A stretch of 38,253 nt of DNA from a virus (taxonomy: Duplodnaviria > Caudoviricetes). The position numbers and the translations under genes are program-made. Where the stretch lies: IMG/VR virus record IMGVR_UViG_3300017778_001615, positions 1-38,253 of that record, one strand, 5' to 3'. The notes below the pieces were generated by a model, which saw only the letters and a list, made by a program, of their open reading frames with translations, did no database searches and was not told the DNA's origin. Below, one piece after another: positions 38,079-38,253 of the stretch. Position 1 is the stretch's first letter, and every line of letters begins with the position of its first letter.

Positions 38079-38086
38079 ATATTTAT
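38079..38086 (+). promoter_or_regulatory. Putative late promoter ATATTTAT for the scaffold/capsid transcript
   Basis: Downstream of the terminator, 117 nt before ATG 38196. Confidence 0.6.
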
Positions 38087-38195
38087 TCTAGAATACGCTA
38101 TTCCAACCTTATATGGCGTCTATACATTATTTAAAATATTCTATTAAGATTTCGAATAATCTTATTTCCAAAAAAAAATTTAAGGAGAACAAACT

Positions 38196-38253
38196 ATGGC
38201 AAAATCAGATTTGCTAAAAGAAGCGATCGCCGATGCACGTGCTGTTAAAGAAA
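38196..38253 (+). CDS. Probable prohead scaffold/core protein (5' end only)
   Basis: TAAGGAG SD at 38181-38187, then MAKSDLLKEAIADARAVKE running off the window. Position after the protease fits a gp22-like gene. Confidence 0.6.
   Translation, partial: MAKSDLLKEAIADARAVKE

Noticed and set aside
1-38253. Stop-codon reassignment, as in some large phages
   Set aside because: Genes are full-length in the standard code, and TAA, TGA (e.g. 1573, 22815) and TAG (4846) all end genes at sensible positions.

Overview
This 38-kb window is an AT-rich, gene-dense segment of a large T4-like (myovirus) phage genome, with all supported genes on the + strand and the standard genetic code. In order it holds an HD hydrolase, a sigma-factor-like gene, a baseplate/tail module (gp5-, gp25- and gp6-like, LamG proteins) and a minimal protein kinase. 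Next come a T7-type endonuclease I, a primase, a fused Mre11-Rad50 (gp47-gp46), a tail protein, a 1095-aa multidomain enzyme and a possible spanin pair. The window ends with the large terminase, portal, prohead protease, ribosomal protein bS21 and the start of a probable scaffold gene. Two promoter classes are visible: 11 intergenic ATATTTAT motifs (likely late) and three TTTG-N19/20-TATATT motifs with Bacteroidota-type spacing, which suggests a Bacteroidota host (inference). The best candidates for new biology are four. (1) The 1095-aa 'polyprotein' joins an NMNAT/CoaD-like nucleotidyltransferase, a Zn ribbon, an in-frame HNH endonuclease with no intron or intein, and an ATP-dependent ligase-like domain, separated by L/I-x-E sites resembling prohead-protease sites. 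(2) A set of ORFs, including the kinase, shares a capsid-targeting-like N-terminus. (3) A two-gene unit with its own promoter and terminator pairs a ferredoxin/bS6-like-fold ORF with bS21. (4) A promoter-driven, multi-hairpin intergenic element sits upstream of the primase. All calls come from reading motifs by eye; no searches were run.
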